A DNA stretch of 57,018 bases from Clostridia bacterium (lineage in GTDB: Bacteria; Bacillota; Clostridia; Christensenellales; Aristaeellaceae): NCBI GenBank assembly GCA_017469085.1, contig JAFUHB010000239.1, positions 1 to 57,018 on the forward strand. The letters run 5' to 3'. The notes beneath the pieces were generated by a model. That model did no database searches and was not told where the DNA came from. It worked only from the letters and a program-made list of their open reading frames with translations. Shown here in pieces: positions 27,917-37,033 of the stretch (positions are counted from its first letter, which is position 1; each line of letters opens with the position of its first letter). Made by a program: the position numbers and the translations under genes.

Positions 27917-28462
27917 ATGTCTGCAAAAAAACCGCTGCTGTCTGCCAGAGACATGGCCTATGTAGCGCTGGGCGCCGCGTTGATCGCCGTATGCGCCTGG
28001 ATCTCGATCCCGGCGGCCGTTCCCTTTACGCTGCAAACCTTCGGCGTTTTCTGCGTATTGATCATCCTGGGCGGAAAGCGCGGCACCCTGTCGCTCCTGA
28101 TTTACCTGCTGTTGGGGCTGGTCGGCCTTCCTGTCTTTTCAGGGATGAGGGGCGGGCCTGCCGCGCTGCTCGGCCCAACCGGCGGTTATATCCTGGGCTT
28201 TCTGCTCACGGGCCTGTGCTATCTTCTGGCGGAAAAGCTCGTCGGTAAAAAATTGCTCTATGAGGTCGTCGCCCTCGTCCTGGGCCTGGTCCTCTGCTAC
28301 GCTTTTGGCACCGTCTGGTTCATTCACACCTATTCCGCCGGTGAAATGACGCTGAACCGCGCGCTTTCCCTTTGTGTTTGGCCCTTTATCCCGATCGACG
28401 CCGGCAAGATGCTGCTGGCCTTCCTGATCGGCTGTCGGGTCCGAAAAGCGATCAAGGCATAA
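27917..28462 (+). CDS. bioY: Biotin transporter S component
   Basis: 181 aa with 5-6 TM helices. The IPAAVPFTLQTFGVF ... GPTGGYILGF motifs are typical of BioY. Confidence 0.88.
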   Translation: MSAKKPLLSARDMAYVALGAALIAVCAWISIPAAVPFTLQTFGVFCVLIILGGKRGTLSLLIYLLLGLVGLPVFSGMRGGPAALLGPTGGYILGFLLTGLCYLLAEKLVGKKLLYEVVALVLGLVLCYAFGTVWFIHTYSAGEMTLNRALSLCVWPFIPIDAGKMLLAFLIGCRVRKAIKA

Positions 28463-28571
28463 CAAAAAGCAGGATCGACTGGAGATACAAATTCTCTTTT
28501 ATCAACGCTCTTGCCACCTCCTCGCAAATATGATATGCTTTCATGCATCATCAAACGAGGGAGTGGCAATT

Positions 28572-29096
28572 GTGCGCTTTTTAGAGCTTCCAAGGCAGGA
28601 ATTTCTTGACAGTCGGCTGACCTATGTATACGACGCGACCGCTCGGTATGACGTCACGCTGGAGCGCCGCGGGGACGGTTTTTCGATCGCCCTTTCCTCC
28701 CGCCCGACACAGCGTCGGCATCTTGAGTACAGCGAGCCCCTTTTTGCATCAGGCCTTGAGGATCCGCACGCCTACGCGCTGGTCGATCATTTGGGCGAAC
28801 GCGTAGGCTACGTCGAAACGGCCCTTGAAAAGGACGATATCCTGCGCATCGTCAACCTGATGGTGGAGGACGGTTATCGCAGGCGCGGCTATGGTTCTCT
28901 GCTTATTTCCAAAGCAAAAACACAAGCGCGCGCCCTTCGCTGCTCCGCGCTGACGATTTCCGTTTCTCAGGGCAACGCCGGCGCGATCCGCTTCCTGCTG
29001 GGACAGGGCTTCACGCTGTCCGGCTTCAATTCCCTCCCGTCAGAGGAAAGCGTCGATCTGAGCGTCTTTTTTACAGAGACGCCGACCTCCTCCTGA
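28572..29096 (+). CDS. GNAT-family N-acetyltransferase
   Basis: Acetyl-CoA binding motif VEDGYRRRGYGSLLISKA. I preferred the GTG start at 28572 (GGGAG SD 9 nt upstream) over the SD-less ATG at 28530; the start is uncertain. Confidence 0.65.
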   Translation: MRFLELPRQEFLDSRLTYVYDATARYDVTLERRGDGFSIALSSRPTQRRHLEYSEPLFASGLEDPHAYALVDHLGERVGYVETALEKDDILRIVNLMVEDGYRRRGYGSLLISKAKTQARALRCSALTISVSQGNAGAIRFLLGQGFTLSGFNSLPSEESVDLSVFFTETPTSS

Positions 29097-29097
29097 T

Positions 29098-29685
29098 TTA
29101 TTCCTCCGCTCCGTCGGCCACTTGGGCAAGCTCCTTTTCGACGTCCCCCTCCGTGGCCCGGTAGGCCTCCAGCGTTTCGGACAGCAGTTGGTCCAGGTCC
29201 CACCCGAGCATTTCCGCGCCCTGTCGGATCACCTCTCGGGAGCAGCCGGCAGCAAATCGGCTGTCCTTGAACTTTTTCTTGAGGGATTTCAGCTCCATAT
29301 CCTGCGCGGAATGAGACGGCCGCATCAGCGCTGCCGCGCCGATCAGGCCGGTCAGTTCATCAGAAGCAAACAGCAGCTTTTCCATCTGCGACTCCGGCTT
29401 GATATCCACGCAGATACCATAACCATGACTGCAAACGGCGTGTACAAATTCCTCCGGCGCGTCGATTTCCGCCAGCAGCTCCGGCGCCTTCACGCAATGC
29501 TGCTCCGGCCACCTTTCAAAATCCACATCGTGAAGCAGCCCGACGAGGCCCCAATAATCGGGGTCTTCTTCATTTTGCCGGGCGAAATACCGCATCACGC
29601 CCTCCACCGTTAAGCCGTGGCGGATATGAAAGACTTCCTGATTATACTTTTTCAATAGCCCAAGCGCCTGTTCCCGTGTAAACAT
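29098..29685 (-). CDS. HD-domain phosphohydrolase (HDIG-like)
   Basis: H...HD metal motif (IRHGLTVEGVM, GLLHDVDFERWPEQH, CSHGYG), 195 aa. Confidence 0.75.
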   Translation of the reverse strand: MFTREQALGLLKKYNQEVFHIRHGLTVEGVMRYFARQNEEDPDYWGLVGLLHDVDFERWPEQHCVKAPELLAEIDAPEEFVHAVCSHGYGICVDIKPESQMEKLLFASDELTGLIGAAALMRPSHSAQDMELKSLKKKFKDSRFAAGCSREVIRQGAEMLGWDLDQLLSETLEAYRATEGDVEKELAQVADGAEE

Positions 29686-29709
29686 TCCTTTTTCCTTCTT
29701 TCCGTTTGT

Positions 29710-30993
29710 TTATGGCGTCAGGGTAAGCAGCAGCGCGCTGCCCACCTTGGTCTCCCGTCTATCCCCGCCGGTGGTGTCTGTCGTCAGGCGAAGCCGTCCA
29801 TCCCAAGCTACAATCATCGTGGAAGAGGGACCGCCGTCCAAATTCAGCGCGGTCCATGCGCCAAGATCAAGCAGCGCTTGCTGCGCCCATTCCAACGGCA
29901 TCCCATAGCTGCCCGACCGATTTCCTTCTATCAGAAGAAAAAAATAGGTGCCGTCCGCCCGCGTGGCAAAAATCGTGCGGGGATGCCGCCGATAAAAATA
30001 GGTGACGTCGTCCGATAGGAGCTTTCCGGGCTCTAAATCGTTTTTCTCTCCATTTTGGATCAACAGCGGCCCGCCGTCCGGCCTGCCTCCTCCGATCGCG
30101 CATGTCGCGTCCGCAAATTCCGGCGATACCTCACAGTATATCTCCACCTGATCGCCCGGCCGAAGCGCGGCAAGCTTTTCCGCCGCTCCTTCGGCCGCGG
30201 AAAGGACAAGCGTGCCCGGAGAAATCTCCGTTCCCTTGTCCTTTTTATCCGGCCTTTCGATCGCCCGGACCGTCGCCTGGAGAGTCCGATTGCTGCGCAC
30301 CTCATCCTCAGAATCCAGCACAACCTCCACGCCGCCCAATGTATATGTGCGGGTTCCATAATCCTGCGTATACAATACCAGCTGATTATCTGCCCGCGCG
30401 ACTACGGCATTCTGCGGAGAGCTGCTTCTGGAATCATCCGATCGGGGCGCGTTCAGCGCGTCGATCGGCTCATTCTCCAGGATGACCCTTCCTTCCCGAA
30501 GCACCTTCAGCAGCAGCCTTGCCTTTGGCTGGCCGATCAGCGGATGCCCCTCCTGATCCATCCCGCAGGCCCAGCTCTCCGGGAACTCTCCCAGCGCCAG
30601 CCAAACGCCGTTTCTCAATAAATAACCCAAGGGCCCGCCTGTCCGCATATCAAAAAAATCGCCGTTGACCGCCGCCAATACGCGGCTCTGAGACGCCGCG
30701 CGTTCCGCCATTTCGGACGTTTTCATAAACGCGCCGTGGATCCCGTCGCCGCCCAACGCCGTCTGAAGCCGCAGGCTTGCACCTTGCGCCGGATCCACAT
30801 CGATCAAAAACAGTCGTTGGCTCTGTCCGGCGGGCCCGCTGACCGGCGTCAGCTCAAAAGTCCGATAATGTACGCCTGCCTCGATTTCCATATCGGAGGA
30901 CCGCAGGATCCGATATCCGGTGAAATCCTGCGCAAGCGCCGATCCCGCCAGAAGCATCCACGCGGCGATCAGAAACAAGACGTGCTTCAGCAT
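29710..30993 (-). CDS. Secreted phosphodiester glycosidase family protein (DUF2233/NAGPA-like)
   Basis: Signal peptide MLKHVLFLIAAWMLLAGSALA. AAVNGDFFD and PRTIFATRADGTYFFLLIEGNRSGSYGM ... NLDGGPSSTM motifs. I chose ATG 30993 with a GGGAGG SD. Confidence 0.75.
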   Translation of the reverse strand: MLKHVLFLIAAWMLLAGSALAQDFTGYRILRSSDMEIEAGVHYRTFELTPVSGPAGQSQRLFLIDVDPAQGASLRLQTALGGDGIHGAFMKTSEMAERAASQSRVLAAVNGDFFDMRTGGPLGYLLRNGVWLALGEFPESWACGMDQEGHPLIGQPKARLLLKVLREGRVILENEPIDALNAPRSDDSRSSSPQNAVVARADNQLVLYTQDYGTRTYTLGGVEVVLDSEDEVRSNRTLQATVRAIERPDKKDKGTEISPGTLVLSAAEGAAEKLAALRPGDQVEIYCEVSPEFADATCAIGGGRPDGGPLLIQNGEKNDLEPGKLLSDDVTYFYRRHPRTIFATRADGTYFFLLIEGNRSGSYGMPLEWAQQALLDLGAWTALNLDGGPSSTMIVAWDGRLRLTTDTTGGDRRETKVGSALLLTLTP

Positions 30994-31023
30994 GTTTCGC
31001 CTCCCTCGCTCCTCTTTAGCAAA

Positions 31024-31056
31024 CAGGACTGTCACTCTTTTTTTGTGACAGCCCTG
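31024..31056 (-). terminator. 12-bp hairpin downstream of the surface-protein gene
   Basis: CAGGACTGTCAC / GTGACAGCCCTG with a 9-nt loop. The trailing U-run on the minus strand is short. Confidence 0.4.
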
Positions 31057-31133
31057 TTGCTCTGTAAACCCATCTTAGCACGCCCTTCTCGGTTTGTAAA
31101 GCGTGTTACTGGTATTTGTTTTGTTTCCCAGAA

Positions 31134-33143
31134 TCAGCCCTGGTCTGCGTTCCGGTTGGAGCGGCGACGCCGACGGCGATCCGGAAGCGTTGCCGAACGG
31201 GCGTCCGCCTGAACGGCCTCTTCCGCAGCCTGGATATTTTCCGGGTCGGCTGTTTCTACCGTCCGATCAACGATTTCCTGGGCGGTATCCTGCGCCTCTT
31301 TCTTGGCCTCAATGGCTTCGTCAAGAATTTCAGACGCCTGCTTTTCAATGCTTTCCGCGCGATATTCCTGGTAAACCGGGAACTCCTCGCTTTCCTCTCC
31401 GCGGCGCATTCTAAAGCCGCCGGTGCTTTCGCTGGTCTCCTGCCGCTGGGGGAGAATCACGCTATCTGTCGCGTCTTCCGCATCTTCCTTGGTTTCTTCC
31501 GTCTTCCCGGAATCGGTATTCTCCGCGGCATCCTCGGAGGGCTCGGTATAGTCCCGCCGTTCCGCAAGGTCCAGATGGTCGTAAGCGCTGTCGGAAACAT
31601 GCTTCTTTCTTGAGCGAACGACTGTGCTGATTACAAACAGCAGCAGCGCAGCGGCCGCCAGGCCGCCCAGCACGAACATAGCCGTATACAGCGAATTGCG
31701 GATGGTTCGGAGGATATTCCCGGTATCCGAATACTGGGCCGGCGCAACAGTGACCAGCGGGGGCACGGTCGCCGTCGGCGCAATGGTGGGAACCGGGGTC
31801 GTCGGCAGATAATTCAGCGTCAGCGTATTGGATTCAAAGGAAACATTGTTGCCCAGCGCATCCTTCGCCGTGGCCGTAAACCGGTAGCGTCCGGATTGAG
31901 AAACCGTATAATCCCGCTTGACCGTCACGCTCTGGCCCGCCGCCAGGGAGGGGATGGTATAAATCGTCAATTCTCCGTGCCGAATCACGATATTCGTGCA
32001 ATCCACATTGCTGGCGTTCGTCACCACCAGGGACATCGAAACATCCTCCGGCGGGTTGCTGACGCCCTCTTTATCCGCCGTCAGCAGCAGGTTCAGCTGG
32101 AGCTCCTTTTCCGGATCATACGCGCTGACGGAAACGGAGTTGGTATCATAGGTATTGGAGTTGTTGGTATTGTCCTGCAAGGTAAGCTTCAGCGAGAAGG
32201 TCGTTGGCGCGTTGATCATGACCTCGCGCTCTTCGGTAAAGGTAGTATTGGCCGGGATCGTCAGCCCGGAAAATACGGTGCCCAGCGTCTTATCCACCGC
32301 GACCACATCGTGGTAGGAGATATTGCCGTCGTTCTGGACGGTCATGATCAGCTTCACGGTCTGCCCGATATCCACGGCGGACTTGTCCGTGCTCAGCTCG
32401 ACCTTGAGGTTACGGACAGCCAACGGGATTTCCACGTCCTCCACAACCTCCGTCTCCTGCTTGCCGCCGGCAGGCTTAAAGGACACGGTCGCGCCGCTGG
32501 TCAGGTCCTTGCTGCCCATCTTGGCCGTAAATTCCACCGTCGTCGTGGCGCCGGCAGCCAAGGAGCGAACGGTCTTTGGGTTCTTGCTGATTTTTTCCTT
32601 CACGGAAATCGAGCTGATATTCACCGTGCCGGTATTGTTCAATTCATAGGTCACCTTGACCGTCTGGCCGCTGCGGACGACCTCCGGGTCGATCTTGCGG
32701 GTAATTTTGAGCCCCGCCCGGCTGCCCGTATACTCGATCGCCGCGCTGACCGGAATGCGGACCTCTTCGCCCGCCTCGTTCTGATAACGCAGCGTATAGG
32801 TAACCGCGCCTGCCTCCAGCATCTCTTGGGAAACGTTTACCTGGGCGCTCAGCGTCAGCTTGCCGCCGGCGCGGGAAATCGCGCCGCTCAGCTCTGAAAA
32901 ATTGGACACCGCAGCCCCGTAAGGATCATACAGGGACAATTGCTGGCTGATTTCCGCGCCGGAAACATTTTCAACCTGGATCGAGGCCTGCACCGTTCCC
33001 GGGGCCTCCAGCGTGGCCGGCGTCAGGGTAAGCGTTGCCGCTACCGGCGCGTCCTCCGCCATCACGGGCAGCATAAAAAGGAAAGTCAGCAGCAGCGCGC
33101 CGACAAAAGCTCTGAACAGTCTGTGCTTGAGGCCTGCCATCAT
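31134..33143 (-). CDS. Surface protein with tandem Ig-like (DUF11/CARDB-like) domains, a C-terminal TM helix and an acidic cytoplasmic tail
   Basis: Signal peptide, about 4-5 repeated beta-rich modules (V.VTYELNNTG..., V.LIMTVQNDGN..., LVVTNASN...), a TM helix (MFVLGGLAAAALLLFVISTVV), then an E/D-rich tail ending in RRRRRR. Confidence 0.6.
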   Translation of the reverse strand: MMAGLKHRLFRAFVGALLLTFLFMLPVMAEDAPVAATLTLTPATLEAPGTVQASIQVENVSGAEISQQLSLYDPYGAAVSNFSELSGAISRAGGKLTLSAQVNVSQEMLEAGAVTYTLRYQNEAGEEVRIPVSAAIEYTGSRAGLKITRKIDPEVVRSGQTVKVTYELNNTGTVNISSISVKEKISKNPKTVRSLAAGATTTVEFTAKMGSKDLTSGATVSFKPAGGKQETEVVEDVEIPLAVRNLKVELSTDKSAVDIGQTVKLIMTVQNDGNISYHDVVAVDKTLGTVFSGLTIPANTTFTEEREVMINAPTTFSLKLTLQDNTNNSNTYDTNSVSVSAYDPEKELQLNLLLTADKEGVSNPPEDVSMSLVVTNASNVDCTNIVIRHGELTIYTIPSLAAGQSVTVKRDYTVSQSGRYRFTATAKDALGNNVSFESNTLTLNYLPTTPVPTIAPTATVPPLVTVAPAQYSDTGNILRTIRNSLYTAMFVLGGLAAAALLLFVISTVVRSRKKHVSDSAYDHLDLAERRDYTEPSEDAAENTDSGKTEETKEDAEDATDSVILPQRQETSESTGGFRMRRGEESEEFPVYQEYRAESIEKQASEILDEAIEAKKEAQDTAQEIVDRTVETADPENIQAAEEAVQADARSATLPDRRRRRRSNRNADQG

Positions 33144-33371
33144 CGCCCCAACCCCCTTTGAATTCGGTCGCCGTCACAAATGTCCGGCGAAAGGTCCTGT
33201 TTATACATTTCATATTTTATTGCAGAAGCATTTCAATGTCAAGTAAATTATGACATAAAACACATTATTTTGTCATTATTTTGTAAAATTTAGCGTGTCG
33301 CTTGCCTTTTTCTTTACCGCAGAAGGCTTTTTTGTTATACTATTTTATATTGCGTGCAAGGATGTGTCGTC

Positions 33372-33902
33372 ATGTATCAAGGCAAGCTCGTTCGTCTCCG
33401 CGCCCTGGAGCAAAAGGATATCGCGGCCTCTCATCTTTTTGTCAATGATTATGAAACCATGCGGGGCGTAACCTCCGGAAAACTGTATCCCGCTTCTTAT
33501 GAGGATGAAGCGCGCTGGGCGCAGGGACAGAGCAGCTATACCCACGGCGAATATCAATTTGCCATCGAAACATTGGAGGAAGGAATTTTCATCGGCCGCT
33601 GCGGCTTTACCCGGGTCGATTGGAAAAACCGCCTGGCGGAAATCGGTATTCTGATTGGGGACGGCGCGTTTCGCGGAAAAGGCTTCGGCTCGGACGCCGT
33701 CGACACCCTGTGCCGCTTTGGCTTTGAGGAACTGAATCTGCACAAAATCAAGGCCTCCGTTTTTTCCTTTAATGAAGCAGCAATCCGCGCTTATCAAAAA
33801 TGCGGGTTTCAGGAAGAAGGAATTCTTAAAGCGGAGCTCTTCCGGGAAGGAAAATATCATGACGTCCGGCTCTTTGCCTTGTTCAGCTCCTCCCGCTTAT
33901 GA
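33372..33902 (+). CDS. GNAT-family N-acetyltransferase (RimJ/RimL / SpeG-like)
   Basis: VRLRALEQKD ... EYQFAIE ... IGRCGF ... AEIGILIGDGAFRGKGFGSDAV ... LNLHKI.ASVFSFNEAAIRAYQKCGF. ATG 33372 preferred over GTG 33354. Confidence 0.8.
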   Translation: MYQGKLVRLRALEQKDIAASHLFVNDYETMRGVTSGKLYPASYEDEARWAQGQSSYTHGEYQFAIETLEEGIFIGRCGFTRVDWKNRLAEIGILIGDGAFRGKGFGSDAVDTLCRFGFEELNLHKIKASVFSFNEAAIRAYQKCGFQEEGILKAELFREGKYHDVRLFALFSSSRL

Positions 33903-34270
33903 AAAAAGGAACCTTTCGTAAGCTTCTACCTTTTTTTCTTGCCTTTTTGCCCGCTCTCTTTTTGCAGGGCCTTTCTATGCTGCTAATGTACACGGATCAA
34001 TCGGACGGCAGTATTTCCCTGCTTGTGATGGCCTTCTGTTTGTATTTTCTTCATCCCGCGCTGTCGCTGGTCCTGCCGTATTGGCTGACCTTTTCACATG
34101 ATTTGCCCTCCCTGCTCTCTTTTTTTCAGACAGGAATTGTTCTTCTTCTTTTTTCTTCCGATCCAAACGGAACGACCGTCGGCCTGGTCTGTCTGCTGAT
34201 CGGCATGTTCAGCGCTTCCTACGGCGCTGAAAAGAGAAAAAGACAACAAAGGAGAAACAACCGTGCTTAA
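33899..34270 (+). CDS. Small polytopic membrane protein (hypothetical)
   Basis: 123 aa, about 4 hydrophobic helices, basic C-terminus. ATGA overlap with the upstream GNAT gene. Confidence 0.5.
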   Translation: MKKGTFRKLLPFFLAFLPALFLQGLSMLLMYTDQSDGSISLLVMAFCLYFLHPALSLVLPYWLTFSHDLPSLLSFFQTGIVLLLFSSDPNGTTVGLVCLLIGMFSASYGAEKRKRQQRRNNRA

Positions 34271-34829
34271 AAAGCTTTTTGGCGGCCTTTTTTCTCTCAT
34301 CGGCCTGATTCTTTCCTTGTCGCTGTTGATTTTACTTTGCGTGCTTCTGGTCAAGCCTTCCGCCGAGCGTCAGTCCTCCGCGCGGGTTGCCGTATCGGAA
34401 ATCGAGCGCCCTTCCTATCTTCAGGCAACGGATTCCCGGGATATCGGCATACTAAGCCGGCTATTTGAGCATCCCCTTCCCTATGATCAAAGCGGCAGCG
34501 TTCAAGGAACGGTGGAAACAGTATTCTTTGAAGGGGAAAACACGCGTCTTGCCACGCTGCGCTATGACCGATATATCATCCGATGCGTCACGCCCGCCTC
34601 TTCCGCGCCTTTATTGCTGGACAAGCGATTGGTGATCACGCCAATCCAGACAGCCGAAGGATTACAAACAAGCCTGACAGTGCTTTCTATGCCCGCCTTT
34701 TACGCCACGAACGGAAGACTCCGCTGCCTGTATTTTTCAGATTCCTCCGCTTCTTATTCGATCACCACCGACAGCATGGATTTCTCTGATTTTTTGAACG
34801 CCGCCTTCCGTTTAGGATGGGTCGGATAA
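34263..34829 (+). CDS. Hypothetical membrane-anchored protein
   Basis: 188 aa, one N-terminal TM helix, no family recognised. GTG start overlapping the previous ORF by 8 nt. Confidence 0.45.
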   Translation: MLKKLFGGLFSLIGLILSLSLLILLCVLLVKPSAERQSSARVAVSEIERPSYLQATDSRDIGILSRLFEHPLPYDQSGSVQGTVETVFFEGENTRLATLRYDRYIIRCVTPASSAPLLLDKRLVITPIQTAEGLQTSLTVLSMPAFYATNGRLRCLYFSDSSASYSITTDSMDFSDFLNAAFRLGWVG

Positions 34830-34839
34830 TAAGAACTTA

Positions 34840-35190
34840 ACAATTTTTCCACATACTCATTTCGGACTAATTTTTTCTGGTGGATGAAAATGCTTTCCCT
34901 TCCATGATTTTTCTTTTTCATAGCCTATGGATCACGCGATTGTGGAAATTGTGGATTGCGTCGGAAAGATGAAATGTTTATTACTTGAAAAACCCCTGAA
35001 ATTATGCAATAATGTTACGGGAAAGGCACATCTTACTGCTTTTATTCAAGAGAATCTGAGCAAAAAAGCCTTTTTGCTTCTCTCCTCCGTGAGCTATCCT
35101 CATTTTATCAGAAACGATCCCGTTTTTTTCCATAAGGCCGCTTTTCCTGAAACGCTTGCATTCCATCGATCGGCGGTCTTTTCCATAGCT
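34840..35190. promoter_or_regulatory. AT-rich non-coding region with clustered DnaA-box-like 9-mers (candidate oriC or dnaN control region)
   Basis: TTTTCCACA 34845-53 (1 mismatch). Two mismatches each for GGTGGATGA 34879-87, tandem TGTGGAAAT/TGTGGATTG 34941-58, CTATCCTCA 35094-102, and TTTTCCATA 35126-34 and 35179-87. GC content looks well below that of the flanking coding sequence. Confidence 0.45.
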
Positions 35191-35284
35191 TCCGCAGTCT
35201 CTACTACGGCTACTATATTTTTTATACAGTCAATGAAACGCTTCGCCATTTCCGGCGAAGCATCAGGAAAGGAAGGAAATTGCT

Positions 35285-36403
35285 TTGCTGTTTAGAATCA
35301 ATACGAATGATATCAACTATGCCATGAATATGGTCACTCGCGCGATCGCGGCCCGGCCTGTCAAACAGATTTACGAGGGCGTGCTGATCGAAACAAAGGA
35401 TGACGGGATTCAGTTCACCTGCACCGATGGGGAAATTACGGTCAAAACCTCGGCGGCGGCTCAGATTTCTGAGGGAGGCACGACGGTCATGCCGGCTAAG
35501 CTGCTGGCGGAATTGATGCGCCGTCAAAGCGGCGGGGACGTTGAGATGAAAATCGACGACAACTCCAGCGCACTGATTCGCAGTCATGGCAGCAGCACCA
35601 ATATGGTGGGCATGACGGCGGAGGATTTTCCGGAGATCAGCGATATTACGGGCCAACAGATCAAGCTGCCCTGCGGTAAGCTGCGCAACGCGATTTCCCG
35701 GGTGATGTTTGCCGTTTCCACCGATGAAAGCCGCAAGGCGCTGACCGGCGTATTGCTGGAAACTTATGCGGAGGAAACCCGTTTGGTCGGTCTGGACGGC
35801 TTCAGACTGGCGCTGCAGTGTGTGGAAGCCAAGAATGACATCCCTGCCGGGAAGGAAATGATCAGCGCCATCATTCCGGGAAGGGTGATGAATGAAATCA
35901 GCCGTATGCTGCCGGAGGATCATGAAAAAGAGGTCACGCTGACCTTCAACGCCACCCATATGATGGCATCCTTTGACAACGTCAAGATTTATTCTACGCT
36001 GCTGATGGGCGAATTCATTGATTATAAGCATATTCTTCCCGATAAGAGGACGACGGAGATCGTCGTTGAAAAGGCGCCCTTCGGGGAAGCGCTGGAGCGC
36101 TGCGGCCTGATCGCCCGGGAAGGAAAAAATAATCTGATCATGCTGAACCTGAGCGAAAACGGCATGGTGATGACCTCCCGCGCGGAACGGGGGGACGTGC
36201 ATGAAGAAATGCCCATTATTTTTAACGGCGAGCCGCTGAAAATCGCTTTTAATTCCCACTATCTGACCGACGTGATCAAGAATGTGGAGGACGGCGATAT
36301 CCGCATGTGCTTTAATTCAAGCGTTTCTCCCTGCCTGGTCCGTCCGGTGGAGGGCAATCAATTTACTTTCCTCGTGCTGCCTGTCAGGACTTATGACGCA
36401 TGA
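35285..36403 (+). CDS. dnaN: DNA polymerase III beta sliding clamp
   Basis: 372 aa, three-domain clamp pattern (VLIETKDDGIQFTCTDGEI, LTGVLLE ... LVGLDGFRLA, FNSHYLTDVIKN ... PCLVRP). TTG start with an AGGAAAGGAAGGA SD. Confidence 0.9.
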   Translation: MLFRINTNDINYAMNMVTRAIAARPVKQIYEGVLIETKDDGIQFTCTDGEITVKTSAAAQISEGGTTVMPAKLLAELMRRQSGGDVEMKIDDNSSALIRSHGSSTNMVGMTAEDFPEISDITGQQIKLPCGKLRNAISRVMFAVSTDESRKALTGVLLETYAEETRLVGLDGFRLALQCVEAKNDIPAGKEMISAIIPGRVMNEISRMLPEDHEKEVTLTFNATHMMASFDNVKIYSTLLMGEFIDYKHILPDKRTTEIVVEKAPFGEALERCGLIAREGKNNLIMLNLSENGMVMTSRAERGDVHEEMPIIFNGEPLKIAFNSHYLTDVIKNVEDGDIRMCFNSSVSPCLVRPVEGNQFTFLVLPVRTYDA

Positions 36404-37008
36404 GTAAAAAAGGCCTGAATCGCGCGCTTGCGGCGCTGTTCGTGATTCTGCTGCTTGCGGCGGGCGTTGGGCAGGAAGCGGTCGCAAAATCCAACAAAAA
36501 GAAAAAGGCGACGGCGACGCCCTACGCGACAGTATCTGCAACGCCTGCGCCAACGCAAACCAAAACACCCAAGCCAACAAAAACAAAGAAGCCGACAAAA
36601 ACGCCGACACCGACGGCTGAATTGCCTTCAGAAGGCGTTCAGGTCACGGAAAACGGTCAATATACGGACCGGGAGCATGTCGCCGCCTACCTTCGCGCGT
36701 ATGGAAAGCTGCCGTCCAATTATATCACCAAAAATCGGGCGCAGGCTCTCGGATGGGTGGCAAGCAGGGGAAATCTTTGGCAGGTCGCTCCGGGAAAGAG
36801 TATCGGCGGCGATCGCTTCGGAAATTATGAGGGAAATCTGCCGGATGCGCAGGGGCGGCGCTGGTTTGAGTGCGATATTGATTTTGACGGCACTTACCGG
36901 AACGCAAAAAGGATCCTCTACTCCAATGACGGATTGATTTATTATACGGAGGATCATTATCAAACCTTTGTGGATATTACCGTGCCGGAAACACGGGCCG
37001 GACCCTGA
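36400..37008 (+). CDS. Secreted barnase-family ribonuclease (microbial RNase N1/T1/barnase)
   Basis: Signal peptide plus a T/P/K-rich linker. The catalytic domain is nearly colinear with barnase: LPSNYITKNRAQALGWVASRGNLWQVAPGKSIGGDRFGNYEGNLP ... RILYSNDGLIYYTEDHYQTF. The ATG overlaps the dnaN stop (ATGA). Confidence 0.9.
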   Translation: MSKKGLNRALAALFVILLLAAGVGQEAVAKSNKKKKATATPYATVSATPAPTQTKTPKPTKTKKPTKTPTPTAELPSEGVQVTENGQYTDREHVAAYLRAYGKLPSNYITKNRAQALGWVASRGNLWQVAPGKSIGGDRFGNYEGNLPDAQGRRWFECDIDFDGTYRNAKRILYSNDGLIYYTEDHYQTFVDITVPETRAGP

Positions 37009-37033
37009 TCAAAAGAAAAAGAGGTAGCGCAGA

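Noticed and set aside
34927-35295. 122-aa ORF in the AT-rich gap upstream of dnaN
   Set aside because: It has no SD, an odd composition and no homology I recognise. It overlaps the DnaA-box-like cluster and the dnaN start, so it is more likely non-coding.
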